From the NCBI RefSeq assembly GCF_022045235.1, contig NW_027266264.1:56048001-56112000 (forward strand): a stretch of DNA of 64,000 bases, given 5' to 3'. Of this stretch, positions 1 to 11,771 are shown in pieces. The stretch comes from Haliotis cracherodii (taxonomy: Eukaryota). Position numbers and translations under genes: made by a program. The notes beneath the pieces are model-generated. The model was given only the letters and a program-made list of their open reading frames with translations. It was not told where the DNA came from and did no database searches. Numbering within the stretch: the stretch's first letter is position 1; every line of letters starts with the position of its first letter.

Positions 1-4
1 ACAT

Positions 5-179
5 GGGGTGGTGGGGTAGCCAAGTGGTTAAAGTGTTTGCTTGTTTCACAGACCTTGGTTTGATTTCCCACATGGGTCAGATGTGTGAAGCTATTTCTTA
101 TGCCCCTCCAGACCCATTCCTTTGCCATGATATTGATGCAGGTTTGCTAAAAATGGCATGAAACCATACTCGCTCACTC
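5..179 (+). mobile_element. tRNA-derived short SINE (family B), diverged
   Basis: A-box-like TAGCCAAGTGG, B-box-like GGTTTGATTTCC, body CACATGGG..ATGTGTGAAGC and ACTC tail; similar to 5259-5414. Confidence 0.75.
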
Positions 180-1691
180 TTTTGTCACATTATGGACAGA
201 GTACATTGGCAGTGTGAGCCACATCGCATAGTATCCGCTTCAATCGGGATGATTCATTTCTGTGTTGTTACTCTTATTGTATTCTGGGAACACCACATAT
301 TCAAGTCAAATACTCATATTCATGTGCAAAGTCTACAAATACTGATGCTTTTTGTCATTTCTATTTGCAAAGCCGTCAAACATTGTGGACAATTCACTCA
401 TTTTCAAATCAATGCACCTAATTTCTTCAATAGGCCTAAACAAGCAAAGCCATTATTCACTCAGTATATTCTCATGGAAACTTGCTTGAAGAGAACTCAC
501 AGCGTGGATTGTCGTGCTTTTGTTGCAGCCAATTTGATTTGGGTAACGCTGGGATCTGTCCGTGGATGAATGCATGAAGTGTCAGCACTGATGATCATCA
601 TATGCCCACTCAATTAATGGAGCATCTCTGCTTTAGTCCAAGCCCCTCTATCCCTTGTTTGTGTCCCACCCCATTGGACATGTCCAGAGTGGATAGTCCC
701 AGATTTCAATGTCTAGACTCTCTTTCATTAGATTACGCCAGCTAGCAGCTTGGATAATCTGTGGCTATCGTTACAACCTTTTCTTGGCAAATTGTTTGAT
801 CAATGATTTTCAGCTTTATGAAACATACACCAGCAAATTAACATCACCAGCGAGATATATTAATTCCATAAAGGTACTCTAGGCAAAAAGGTGTAATGTA
901 ATATTGACTGTCGTGTTTTCATGTAGTATTTCTGTCAGTCAGGATGCAAGAAATGTTGAAAGGTCTGCTACTTCTTGGTGGCAGCAATGGCATAAATCGT
1001 TGAAGTAATTTTGATGATATAATGAGATTAGCTCGTACTCCCTGTCAGGGGTGTCGTAGATATCATGGCTATCGATATAGTATGAAGTTCTGATATCACC
1101 TCTTGATTTAAAAATAATAATCCGTGTGATTGACTTGTGTCCATGACAGTGCTCTTCATATCCTCTTCAAGACCAAAGGACAACCAGACTCTTGGCCACC
1201 TTGAATGGAACTCAATCTATCTCTCCTCAGAACGAGTTAGGAGATATCACGTCCAATGAGCTTGTAATCTTAACAACGTGGAGCTATTGACACCACTATG
1301 TGATGATGTAGATGATTAAAGATAAATCGGTGTACTGATCAGTATCATGTAAGGGACTGGTCATTTATCATAGGGGAAGGGGGGAGAGATTAAGGGGGTA
1401 ATGAAAAAATGACAGCAAAAAAATTATTAAAATTATAAGGGGGGGAAGGGGGTGGGGGTGAGGTTGGTATTGAGGTATTGACACAGTTCCATTCTTAATA
1501 TTGGACTGGGCATTCATCATAGGGAGCATAAAATGAGTGGGGGGTGGGGGAGTAGTCGGGCAAAATATGATACAGTTGTAAGACCAGTCTTCTTCCCACC
1601 CCATTTCCTAAAAATTCAGAGCAAAAAGGCACCAGCTCATAGCTCATGGTCAAGAAAAAATGAACTGTTGGACAGCACCCATTCTTAAATA

Positions 1692-1910
1692 CCGGTGGAG
1701 ATTCGAGGTAAAATAGGTCTTCAGCAACCATGCTTGCCGTGTAAAGGGACTATGCTTGTTGTAAGAGTAGACTAACAGGATCGGAGGCCACGCTTGCTGA
1801 CTTGGTCATCGTGTGCCAACTGCGTGAATTGATGCTCATGATGTCAAACACTGGATCGTCTGGTCCAGGCTCTATTTTTGCAGTGTTAAACAACAACCAA
1901 CCAACCAACC
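1692..1910 (+). mobile_element. SINE family A copy
   Basis: TCTTCAGCAACC-ATGCTTG..GTAAGAG..GACTAACAGGATCGG...CTGGATCGTCTGGTCCAG...AAACAACAACCAACC; homologous to 6586, 25373, 45494 and 61308. Confidence 0.8.
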
Positions 1911-2099
1911 TATATCCCTGCGACTCCCACTTCATGGTGAGTGATATTAATTTATCAAGCCCATTGTACAGAGTCTCAGTCAACTGCAAACCCAACAAGA
2001 GATCTAAGCCTTGTCTGAGGTACGTACACACATAAACACATTACTGTTACTAACAATGAACATCCTGCACTTATTACAGAAGTAGCATGCTAGGTATTT

Positions 2100-2990
2100 T
2101 ATTTTTTATCAAAAACATGATTAACCTGAACAAATTTATTTCTATTTTTGGGTTTAAACCATAACAAAAATCTTCCTAAATACATTATGCAGTAGTTCTA
2201 CAGGACCTTGGGTTTCCTGCATCCGTGTTAAGATATGCAGCAGCTCATTTCTCCTGGCCGGTGATGAAGCATGGGATTCTGGATGACTCTTGAAGGTATA
2301 CACTTGCTTTGACAGACAGGTGAAGTAATGAGGTCCTACATCACATATATCTTATATGTAGGTGTGTTATGGAATGTAAATTTATCATCCAAAACTGGCT
2401 CCCACAGGAGATATGGCTTGGATGAGATCAAGCGATATCTACACTGTAGATGTCGCTGCAATGAAATTACATCACAATGCTTTGCAGACCATTGTGACAT
2501 CACTGGTAACCATGATGTCACAATCAAATGACATCACTAATGGCTCTGCTACTGAAGCTGTTAGCAGTACTTTTTACACTGAAGACAATGCTAATTACTG
2601 TCTCCAAATTGAAAAAGTTGGAAGAATGATGTTGGATGATAAATAAAATCTCACCCTCGTGTCTTTTGACATCAAATATATCAACACTCGTTGATAAAAG
2701 TGGCAAAAATCCTCGGCAAGCCTCGGAATTTTTTCACTTTTATCAACTCATGTTCATATATTTGATATCAAAAGACACTCGGGAGAGATTCTCTATATAT
2801 ACGTCTGGACTGTCACAGCCCATGGATAAAGGGAGTGATTGAATGTTGTCAGAAGCTGCAGTCAGCAATGTTCCAGCTTTATCACCGGGTCTGTAAATAC
2901 AAGTTACAAAAACCATTTCCAAAATCATCAGAAATCTCTGCTCAAAGCAGAGTCCAAACACGATTCCGACTATATCTTGAGCATGTGTTT
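2100..2990 (+). pseudogene. Heavily decayed Penelope-like RT remnant
   Basis: Broken frames give NKFISIFGFK, DIYTVDVAAM, STLVDK and RVCKYKLQKPFPK, loosely resembling the ordered RT/thumb segments of Penelope-like elements. Judged by eye only. Confidence 0.3.
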
Positions 2991-3178
2991 TTTAATCACT
3001 ATCAAATAGGGGTAGTACCAAGTGTTTGCGAAAAGGTGAGGTATCCTGCCCAACGGTGGCACCCATCACAAACACATGCAAAGGCAAGGCAAGTAATAAA
3101 GTCCAACACCTTCAGGTAGGATGACACTCAGTCTGTCAACCAATTCAAGTGCCTGACCACTTGATCTGTTTAGTGCAT

Positions 3179-3334
3179 GAGTGAGTACAGTTTTTCGTCG
3201 CTTTTATCAATATTCCAGCAATATCTTGGGGATATCGGAAACGGGCGTCACACATTGTACCCATGTGGGGAATCAAACCTAGGTCTTCGGCGGGATGTGC
3301 AAAAGCTTTAACCACTAGGCTACACGACCACCCC
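3179..3334 (-). mobile_element. tRNA-derived short SINE (family B)
   Basis: Reverse complement reads GTAGCCTAGTGGTTAAAGC...GGTTTGATTCCCCACATGGGTACAATGTGTGA...GCTGGAATATTG...ACTCACTC. Confidence 0.8.
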
Positions 3335-3598
3335 ACTTGATCCATTGAAAATCACCTCTTATTGGGGACCAATACAATTCCAGGAGCCCACTGAGTTCAG
3401 GGATATGGAGAGATTCCATGCTTCTGAATGATGAATGGTATCATGTAAAAGATGTAGGCCAGGTTATGTCCTTGTAGATATATCATATGTCCTGATATAA
3501 CACCCTGTATTGCATTATGACTGAGATAGAGTGTGGGTCAACTGAAATGGATTGGTAGTCAGACTCTGGAACTTGATTGTCATCGTACCTGAACACCA

Positions 3599-4102
3599 CA
3601 TCTTCCTGAGGCAAGGGAGTTAACTGACTATAAAAGTCCAGTTTCAATCCTTGCCGAACTAGGCTGGTATTATGGAGTTACATTTTAGCTGGACTAACGA
3701 GTCTTTGCATAGTCCAATCACAATCGCGCATCGAAATCAAAATCCGGTTCGTAAACCGTCATGCAGATTTTGGTCGATTGCAGGATTTGCAAAGCATGTG
3801 CACCGCCAACTCATTGTCAGCTGATATTTTCCAAATCATGTCATGTTTTTAATCAAGGTACTCACGTGATTTGATGCACTTCTCGATGTAAGACCCGTTT
3901 TCTCACAATATAGATCTTGATTATCGATCGCCATTTTGTTCAAAGCACATGCAAGTGATACGAGAGGTGGAATCTAATTGGTACATGGGAGAGGCATAGA
4001 AGGGACATAAGTCGTAATAGCCACTGGTGGCGCTACGATCAAGCCCAGGAATTCCAACCTAGTTCGGCAAAAGTCAGTTAACTCCCTTGCCTCAGAAAGA
4101 TT
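3599..4102. mobile_element. hAT-type MITE (family H1), TIR CATCTTCC.GAGGCAAGGGAGTTAACTGACT
   Basis: Terminal inverted repeats and an 8-bp TSD, GAACACCA/GAACAGCA (3591-3598, 4103-4110). Confidence 0.85.
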
Positions 4103-4164
4103 GAACAGCATGGAACATGGCTCTGCTATCAGCCACTGGTTGGTCTGCAATGATACATTTTTTT

Positions 4165-4302
4165 GTTTTGTTCTACTACTAAAATGCTACTCAATATTCC
4201 AGCAATATTGCAATATTCCTGGTGTATGATGGCTGTCTGGAAATAATCGAGTGTGGACCAGACAATCCAGTGTGTGACATCATCAGCATCAATATATGCA
4301 AT
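4165..4302 (-). mobile_element. SINE family A, 3' fragment
   Basis: AATAATCGAGTGTGGACCAGACAATCCAGTG is the reverse complement of the family A core. Confidence 0.6.
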
Positions 4303-5258
4303 CATGATAGAGCAGGGCTATTGATGAATGCAGTGTCAACAACACATAAACATAATGAATAAACTAAAATAATAAACCCGGTGATACCAGAGTTCAAACT
4401 GTTCAGCCACCATGGTGGCCCAGTGGTCCAAGGCGCAGCAAGGAATAAGCTGCTTCTTGGTTTGAATCTCACATTCACCACGGTTATAATGTTTTATCAT
4501 ACATCATCATACATGAGACTTATAAGCTGGTAGTCATAGAAACAGATTTGTTTCAGAAAAAAAGGTCACCCACCGTTGGGCAGGATACCTCAACTTTTTG
4601 CAAACACTTGGTACTATCCCTATTTGATAGTGATTCAAAAATATACATACATAAGGTTCGATTTGTTTTAAAACAATGTGAAAATGAGACTAAACCTCCA
4701 TCAAAGCCCATAACTGACCATTCCCTAAGAATAATATGGTTCCAATAAAGATATCATGTTGGCCATATAATCATCCTTAATAATCCCTTGACCTTATATT
4801 TAGTTGGTAATGGCTAATTTCTGATTTATATTGTAGTGTACTCTGAAAACAATTTACCTGTCATTGTATATTTTGATAGGTTTCTAGAAGCCATAATTTT
4901 GTCTGCCGATGTTCTTGCTCTGTAGTTACAACACCATTTAGATTCTTCGGCACCAAGAATAGCAGAACAAAGCAGAAAACATTCAACAGAGTAGTATTTC
5001 ATTCCAGTGTTAATTTTCTTTTCGTACCTTATATTTCCAGTTTCTATAACTGATTTAACACTTCCCCAAAAAAAGTTATCCTGATCTTTGTCATTGTAGA
5101 CAGAATATTAACAAAGTCAGAATACCAGGAAGATGCAAACAGATCTAATTTAATCATTCTATCATTCTGATAGTTCAATTATCTTATATGCTTTCTAATT
5201 TAACATTTTCAGATGATGTTTCATATTTGTGTCATTTAATCAATTCATTTATATCAGA

Positions 5259-5414
5259 GGGTCGGGTAGCCTAGTGGTTAAAGCGTTCGCTCATCAGGCC
5301 AAAGACCCAGATTCCCGACATGGGTACAATGTGTGAAGCCCATTTCTGGTGTCCCCTGCCGTGATATTGCTGGAATATTGCTAAAAGGGGCGTAAAACCA
5401 TACTCACTCACTCA
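5259..5414 (+). mobile_element. tRNA-derived short SINE (family B)
   Basis: GGGTAGCCTAGTGGTTAAAGCGTTCGCTC head, CATGGGTACAATGTGTGAAGCCCATTTCTGG body and GCTGGAATATTGCTAAAAGGGGCGTAAAACCATACTCACTCACTC tail. Confidence 0.85.
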
Positions 5415-6585
5415 TTTATATCATATTGTTGGTATCTCTGCTGGTTGTCCCCAGAATAAAAGTGTAACCAAATAATTGTACATTTTCATCATTTCTGACA
5501 CGAAGTAAAGAAGGAACTATTTCACTTCAGACACTGGCTTCTACATCACTAATTTGGTTTTAAGCTTCCTCATCTAACAATGCAGTGCAAGCCTGATCCC
5601 ATTTGCATGGATGGCCGAGAGACAATCCTCTTCCAATCATTCTACCAAGTCTTGTAATATTTGCACTCTTCAGTGTAAAGCTATTACGTTATTGCCATGC
5701 CGAACAAGTTGATATTTGGAGGCATGATTTCATTCGCGTAAGAACCCTTATTGTGCTGGTATATATCGCAAACATGTAGCACTGTAGCAGACCGAGATTA
5801 ACTTCAGGCTTCTCATCCTCCTGAAATAACCGTGCCTCTTTGTAGACTCAAATTCTTCCTCTATTTTATAATTCATATATCATAACATGGCAATCTATAG
5901 ATTGGAGCAACTGAGTCGATGCAAGTTTGCATTAGGAAATGGTAAATCAAATGGTAGAATAACTTGGAGGGAGGGTGTGAAATTACTGTTATTGGATGGA
6001 AAGAGTGCAGGACCTGCTGATATTATAATGCCATGGGTGATCTGAGCCAGGTCTCCATGTCATTGATGGACCCAGGTTGCACATGGAGCTGTATTATGGC
6101 AATGTTGCTACAATCTGGTTAAAAGTCGAGTAAACTTAGTGTAGCGTTCATCGGTTGAAAGAGCGTGCATGGTATATGCTGTACAAACATTGTGTATTTT
6201 CTGTCCATTAGGGTGTAGTCGCCTTGAGCTGATCGATGATGGTTATGAGGAAGTCTGAAAGTTGTGAAGTTGGTTCTAGGTGTTAGAGATCATATACAAG
6301 ACTCTGAAACTACCACATTTAACATGGCACTGTGTTCAAAAGGTGAGACATTATTCTGGGTAAAGTTACATGACTCAGATATTTATGAGAGTAAACTGTA
6401 TTTAGAACAAAAATATTCATGCATATAGTACAAATTTGCTTCAGCGTTATCTCATGCAGCCAAGATACCAACTCAAGATCGATCATGAAGTGGACTTCAG
6501 CATGAAATTTCAACACAGAAAGTGCATGTGAATACTGGTTGACATGAGTTCATTCCAGCTCTATCTCACAGGATTTCATGCTATG

Positions 6586-6787
6586 TATGCTTGCCGTAAG
6601 AGGCGACTAACAGGATCGGATGGTCAGTCACGCTGACTTGGTTGATGCATGTCATCGATCCTAATTGCGTGGATCGATGCTCATGATGTCAATAACTAGA
6701 TTGTCTGTTCCAGACTCAATTATTTACGGACCGCGGTCATATAGCTGGAATATTGCTTAGTGCGGCGTTAAACAACAAGCAAACAAA
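6586..6787 (+). mobile_element. SINE family A copy
   Basis: TGCTTGCCGTAAGAGGCGACTAACAGGATCGG...GCTGGAATATTGCTTAGTGCGGCGTTAAACAACAAGCAAAC. Confidence 0.85.
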
Positions 6788-7175
6788 TCATGCTGAGTAT
6801 ACCCAGTAGACAAGACAGTTTTCTTTGATATAAGGACACCATACTAACATTAGGATTAGCGTCTATAACGTATCAGCCTCTATTATGTAGTATACTACAT
6901 CTCCTTTCTGTTATATGAAACCCCCTGTACGTTTTCGTTATTCTGACATCTTTTAAAGCCAAATTCAAATGATATGATGATTAAAGAATTGTCCAAGAGT
7001 GCAAGACATTTTGTAGCAAGTTAGTGATAAGTCACATATAGATTGTGTGGTGAATGGGTCCAGGGTATTTATCACAATAGAATGGAAATATACCCTAGAT
7101 AAATGAAGATGATAATATGTGTTATGTAAATCACTAAATGAATAACACATGTACAATATCATATTGTATGTCAAT

Positions 7176-7275
7176 ATGTGTGTGTGTCACTGTGTGTGTG
7201 TCTGTGTTTGTGTCTGCCTGTGTGCATGTCAAAGTGTGTGTGTCTGTCTGTGTGTGTGTCTGTGTATGTGTCTGT
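7176..7275. repeat. Imperfect (TG)n/(TCTG)n microsatellite
   Basis: Read directly from the sequence. Confidence 0.85.
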
Positions 7276-7859
7276 CAGTCTGTAGAGGAATGAATTTCTA
7301 AACTTTTGCTGAGAAGTATATATATCATTCAATAACGTACACAACACAAAAGAGACACACAGCCAGAACAATTTCAACTGTAGTTGCACTTCTTAAATGA
7401 ATTTCCTTTGATTGACATATCATATATTAGATACCCAAAATTTCAAATACATTGTAAAACTGATAAAAATAAATCAGTTTGTAGAGGGTGGTAGATGCAT
7501 CCGCCTTCAGACGTAGGTTTCCTTGGGGAGGAGTGAGAGTTACCTCCTCCATACTAAGCCACTGTAAGTGACAGACAGATCTACCACTACGATTCCATGC
7601 ATGTAGACATGTCAGCCATTTATACCTCTATTTCCTATGTCCACAGACACCACACTCCACAGGCCAAGCAAGGGTCATACATATATCTCGCAGATTGATA
7701 GACATTACCTTATAAAAGTAAGCCATGAAACACAATACAATCATTTATGTATGAGGGATTATTGAGGCTGAGTAGACCAAATGTATATCAGTGTCTGCTT
7801 GTGTAGTCCATATAGCAGTTTAAGGTTTTGTTGCACATTACTGAAGATCAATTCTTCAA

Positions 7860-8300
7860 ATGTTGGTCTTATGGGGGATTCACCAGTGGAGTACGGAATT
7901 ATATTTTATAGATCTGGGAGCATACAGACAGTACTTGATAGATGATATTTCCTGTGGTGGTGGGAGGGATGAACGAGGCTTAGTGCTGTTGTCGGCAATA
8001 TTGTGGTTCAGGATGCCAAACGTTTGGTACGCTAGATTCCGAGTCCTGTTATGTGGTATTCTGGATGCCGCAGTACAGTACACTGGATGCCATGAAATGT
8101 TTTACTGGTACGGGGATGCCAATATTTCAATGTTGAAATTTACTTTTCATTTTCTTAATATTTAGCCCTAATCTTATAAGCATGTATGGTCATTCATTCT
8201 ATGTGAAATCCTGGTCTAATATACTTGTACCAGCTGTGTACACTGATATGACTCAAATTCTTAAATTGGATGCCGAGACAAATTAAGTGGTATACCAGAT
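7860..8300 (-). pseudogene. Decayed LINE ORF2 C-terminal fragment (CR1/L2-like)
   Basis: Minus-strand peptides CLGIQFKNLSHI and AYQTFGILNHNI resemble the LINE thumb motifs YLGV...LSW..HI and A.RTLG.L.RN. Confidence 0.3.
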
Positions 8301-10607
8301 GCCAAGAGAGTGGGTGAGGGAACATAGGAACTGAGTGCTGTTCCCTTGTGTCTTTATGATGAATATCCCTTAGCATATCATGAAACCTGGGCCGTCAAAT
8401 TTCACTCAAGCATCTTTTCGCAAAAGCATGGACAATTGGGCATAAGATCTGCACCAGATTCCCTCTGGAACCAATGGTGGTTGGGTGACAATAATCCTCT
8501 CAGAAACAATTGCAATATGGCTTTTGTCCATCCACCGAGAAACTCCCTCAAGTAACCTTGAAAACACAGAACATCGTGATTGCAATTGCATTCAGATTTT
8601 CGTTGACTTCCATGCATGGCTGTGTTGAGAGGGACCAACGCTGGGCTACAAGCAATTACGAGATTACATTGGCCACAGTGCACCGACAGCAAGCACTGAT
8701 CTGCACTTCCAGGGTTGAAACGTAACCTCTGCATCTCTGGTTACTTTCGACATGCACTAAATGCATTTGTATGATCACAAGGTACCAACAGCATCTCAGA
8801 AGCATTTGGTTAATTGGGTCAGAGGTTACAGTAGCTTCTAGCCCTGTTTCTATGAGAATGGCATTTTGATATGGGAGTTATTGTGTATGGTGCTCCATTG
8901 CTTTTAGAAATCTTTGACATCATGAATGGGCTTCAAGTGATGTGCTCATGTTTTTGGATTTAACCCAGAATGGCTCTGTGAACTGTACACAGTGATACAC
9001 GTATGATGTCGTGACCTATGCAGCAACACTTGTCAGATACACACATCCCCTTTACATTTCTTCATCTTGCCTTAAACATGAGAAGCACTTTTTGCAAATA
9101 GACTTATGTCTCTGAAAATATATCTTGATAGGAACATGCAACTACATTTAAACTGAAAGGAGACCCTTTGAGATGGAGTTAACCTGTAGGAAAATCTAGA
9201 CTTGCTTCAATTGGAGCTTTAGCATTACAGTGAGGGCTGGTCGGAAGAGAAAATAATATGGTTCTGCGAGACAGACTATGCTGTGCAAACGGTTCTGCTA
9301 AATGAAATTTGTGGTAATATTTTTCTTGAAACAGTTGAAAAGTTAAAACATTACACGTTGCGTTTCACTTCTGCACTTCTATTTGCAAAGCGTCTATAAT
9401 TCACCACAACAAGTTGCATTTATTGAAATGCCACATGGCATTTATTAGAATATACAATTATATTCCCCTTTAAAGGGCTATGAATATTAAATAACAAATT
9501 CTGAATTGCCTGTACTCCAACCAGCCTACTTCCCATCTTTCTTCACAGATGACGAAGGACTGGAGATGCGCCCCATAAGGACAATGTAATCATTACCAAA
9601 GGTGCAGAAATGAAGTACACCTGGGTCACCATGACCTGGTCAGAAAGAAGATAGATATATCCCTGGTGCTGTGAGTATTTTGATTTCCAACTTGTCACAT
9701 AGACATGTACGAGTCAACCAGGTCTTGGCAAGCTCCCTACCACATCTGACAGAAGTGACAGTGCATAGCATGCATACTATATTTCATGCGAGGCAGATGG
9801 ATCGTTTGTGTGCAAATGATGCCACATTGAATGCTCCTGAATGCCCCTCTGGGATATGTTCTTTGTTAGGTATGATGAAACATGTGGAAATTAATCTTTC
9901 TCCCACTCTCCCCCTCAGAATCATTGCATGCTGGGAATTCACTTTAAAGTGAAGGTTGATGATTCAATTTTAATATTGCTCCCCATACCGAAGAGTCATT
10001 ACAGTTGTCTGGTAAGTACAAGCCCCTGTCCCTCACGTGCATCACCTCCAGAGAGAACACATTCCTGCTATCACAGCATGCTTCTTGTCATTAGCATCAT
10101 ACTTCCTATTTACTCTTCGTCACAAGACGTAAGTCTGCTACAGGAAGCCAGCACTTTGTTTAAGAGGTGTAAGTCAACTAGAAGAAAGTTATTTTGATGG
10201 GGTGTTTAGAATGCAAAGAGTCATTGCACATTTATGTGACTAATGAGGACATGGTTTACAATTTTTTCAGGCTGCAGTGTTGAGAACCCTGTCAATTAAG
10301 TTTGGAATTAGTTTTGGGAGAAGGCGTTAACCCAACACCATGTTCATCATCAAGTTTTTTTGTTTTGTTTTTTTAAGTGTGACAGTTTATTTCAGGACCA
10401 TGTTTAATTATACTGAAATTAGTTTAGTAGATATGGATACATGAAGCCCAGAATCTAGCCAATGTAAAAATATGCAGAACATGCCATTAAGACGGTTTTA
10501 GTTTGATTTTTTACATTCACGTTGTGTGGCCAGTGGTGATGGTTTAGTGTTGTGGTTAAAGCATTCGCTCATTATGCTTGAAAGCCTGGGTTCTATTCCC
10601 CATATGG

Positions 10608-11128
10608 CATCTTCCCGAGGCAAAGGTGGTAACTGACTGCAAAAGTCCAGTTTCCACCCTTGCCAAACTACGCTGGAATTTTGTGGCTCAATCGTAGCGC
10701 CACCAGTGGCTATTACGAGTTATATCCCTTCGATGTCACTCCTTTTGACCAATCAAATTCCACCTCAAAAAAGGGCAGTGCCCATTTAAGATGATCTGAT
10801 CAATAATGAAGATCTATATTTAATAAAGCGGGTCTACTCTCGCGAAGTGCATCAAATCATTTGAGCACCTTGATTAAAAACATGAAAATATTTGGAAAAT
10901 ATCTGTCAACACCCTGTTGATGGTACACATGATTTGCAAATCCTACAGTTAAAAAAATCTGCACGTTGGAAACCATGTTGTTTTCGAACCGGGTGTCTTG
11001 TTCGTTGCACGATTTGATTGGACTCTGCAGAGACTCATTAGTCCAAATGTAACTCCGGAATTCCAACCTAGTTTGGCAAGGGTGAAAACTGAACTTTTAC
11101 AGTCTGTTAACCTTGCATGAGGAAGATG
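10608..11128. mobile_element. hAT-type MITE (family H1) inserted into a family B SINE
   Basis: TIRs CATCTTCC/GGAAGATG, perfect 8-bp TSD CCATATGG (10600-10607, 11129-11136), and SINE halves on either side. Internal orientation is opposite to the 3599 copy. Confidence 0.9.
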
Positions 11129-11354
11129 CCATATGGGTACAATGTGTGTCAATTTCTGGTGATGAGATGAATTCCATTTTGTGTTTTATAGATTTTCTCG
11201 ACTGAGATGATGGACTATTGAAAGGGTATCAGGATTAAAAAAAGGTCAATCGAGACAAAATTAACAACAGAAATTAACAAAAGAATCCATTGAAAAAATG
11301 ATGATAAACTGGTTCTTGTTTATTTGTTTCTTCATAACTTGAATCAAGATTAAG

Positions 11355-11543
11355 CGCCAGTTAGGTTAGGAGGAACTGTACACTTGTCACACATCGACAG
11401 GACACATGTAAAGACTTGATGATATTTATTGGCAACACTCGAAACGAGCCGCGAAACCCAAGCGAGCCTCCCAAGACAGGCGAGCTACCAAGGGGAGCTA
11501 ACCCTGTTTACATTAAAGCATGCCAAGCAAACCTGCGTTGGCG
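11355..11543 (-). repeat. 3' LTR (189 bp)
   Basis: Identical by eye to 16762-16950. Minus-strand polyadenylation signal AATAAA at 11425-11430. Confidence 0.97.
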
Positions 11544-11549
11544 TGACTG

Positions 11550-11563
11550 TCTTTTTTTTCTTC
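11550..11563 (-). promoter_or_regulatory. Polypurine tract GAAGAAAAAAAAGA
   Basis: 14-nt purine run upstream of the 3' LTR on the minus strand, separated from it by CAGTCA. Confidence 0.8.
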
Positions 11564-11771
11564 ATGATAAACGTTATCTAAACAAACCATAATGAAGGAA
11601 ATAGGCGTGAAAAACAACTTGGTAAGTAAACAATGATGTATTAAAGATCCAATTTCTGGTTAACCATGAAACCAATTGGTAAGTAAACCATCATAGGGTA
11701 GACTGCCCTCTGGTCGATGGGGATTATTCTGCCCCTCACAAACATAACATTTAATAAACAAACACAATACT

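Noticed and set aside
192-569. 125-aa ORF and the other scattered 60-150-aa ORFs
   Set aside because: No recognisable domains or exon structure; lengths are compatible with chance.
5259-5330. tRNA genes at the SINE heads (also 26231-26320 and 4413-4472)
   Set aside because: No intact cloverleaf or acceptor stem; the SINE-head copies continue into SINE body and tail.
11361-11370. TTAGGTTAGG telomere-like motif at the LTR end
   Set aside because: Only two units and part of the LTR itself; the insertion site is not telomeric repeat.
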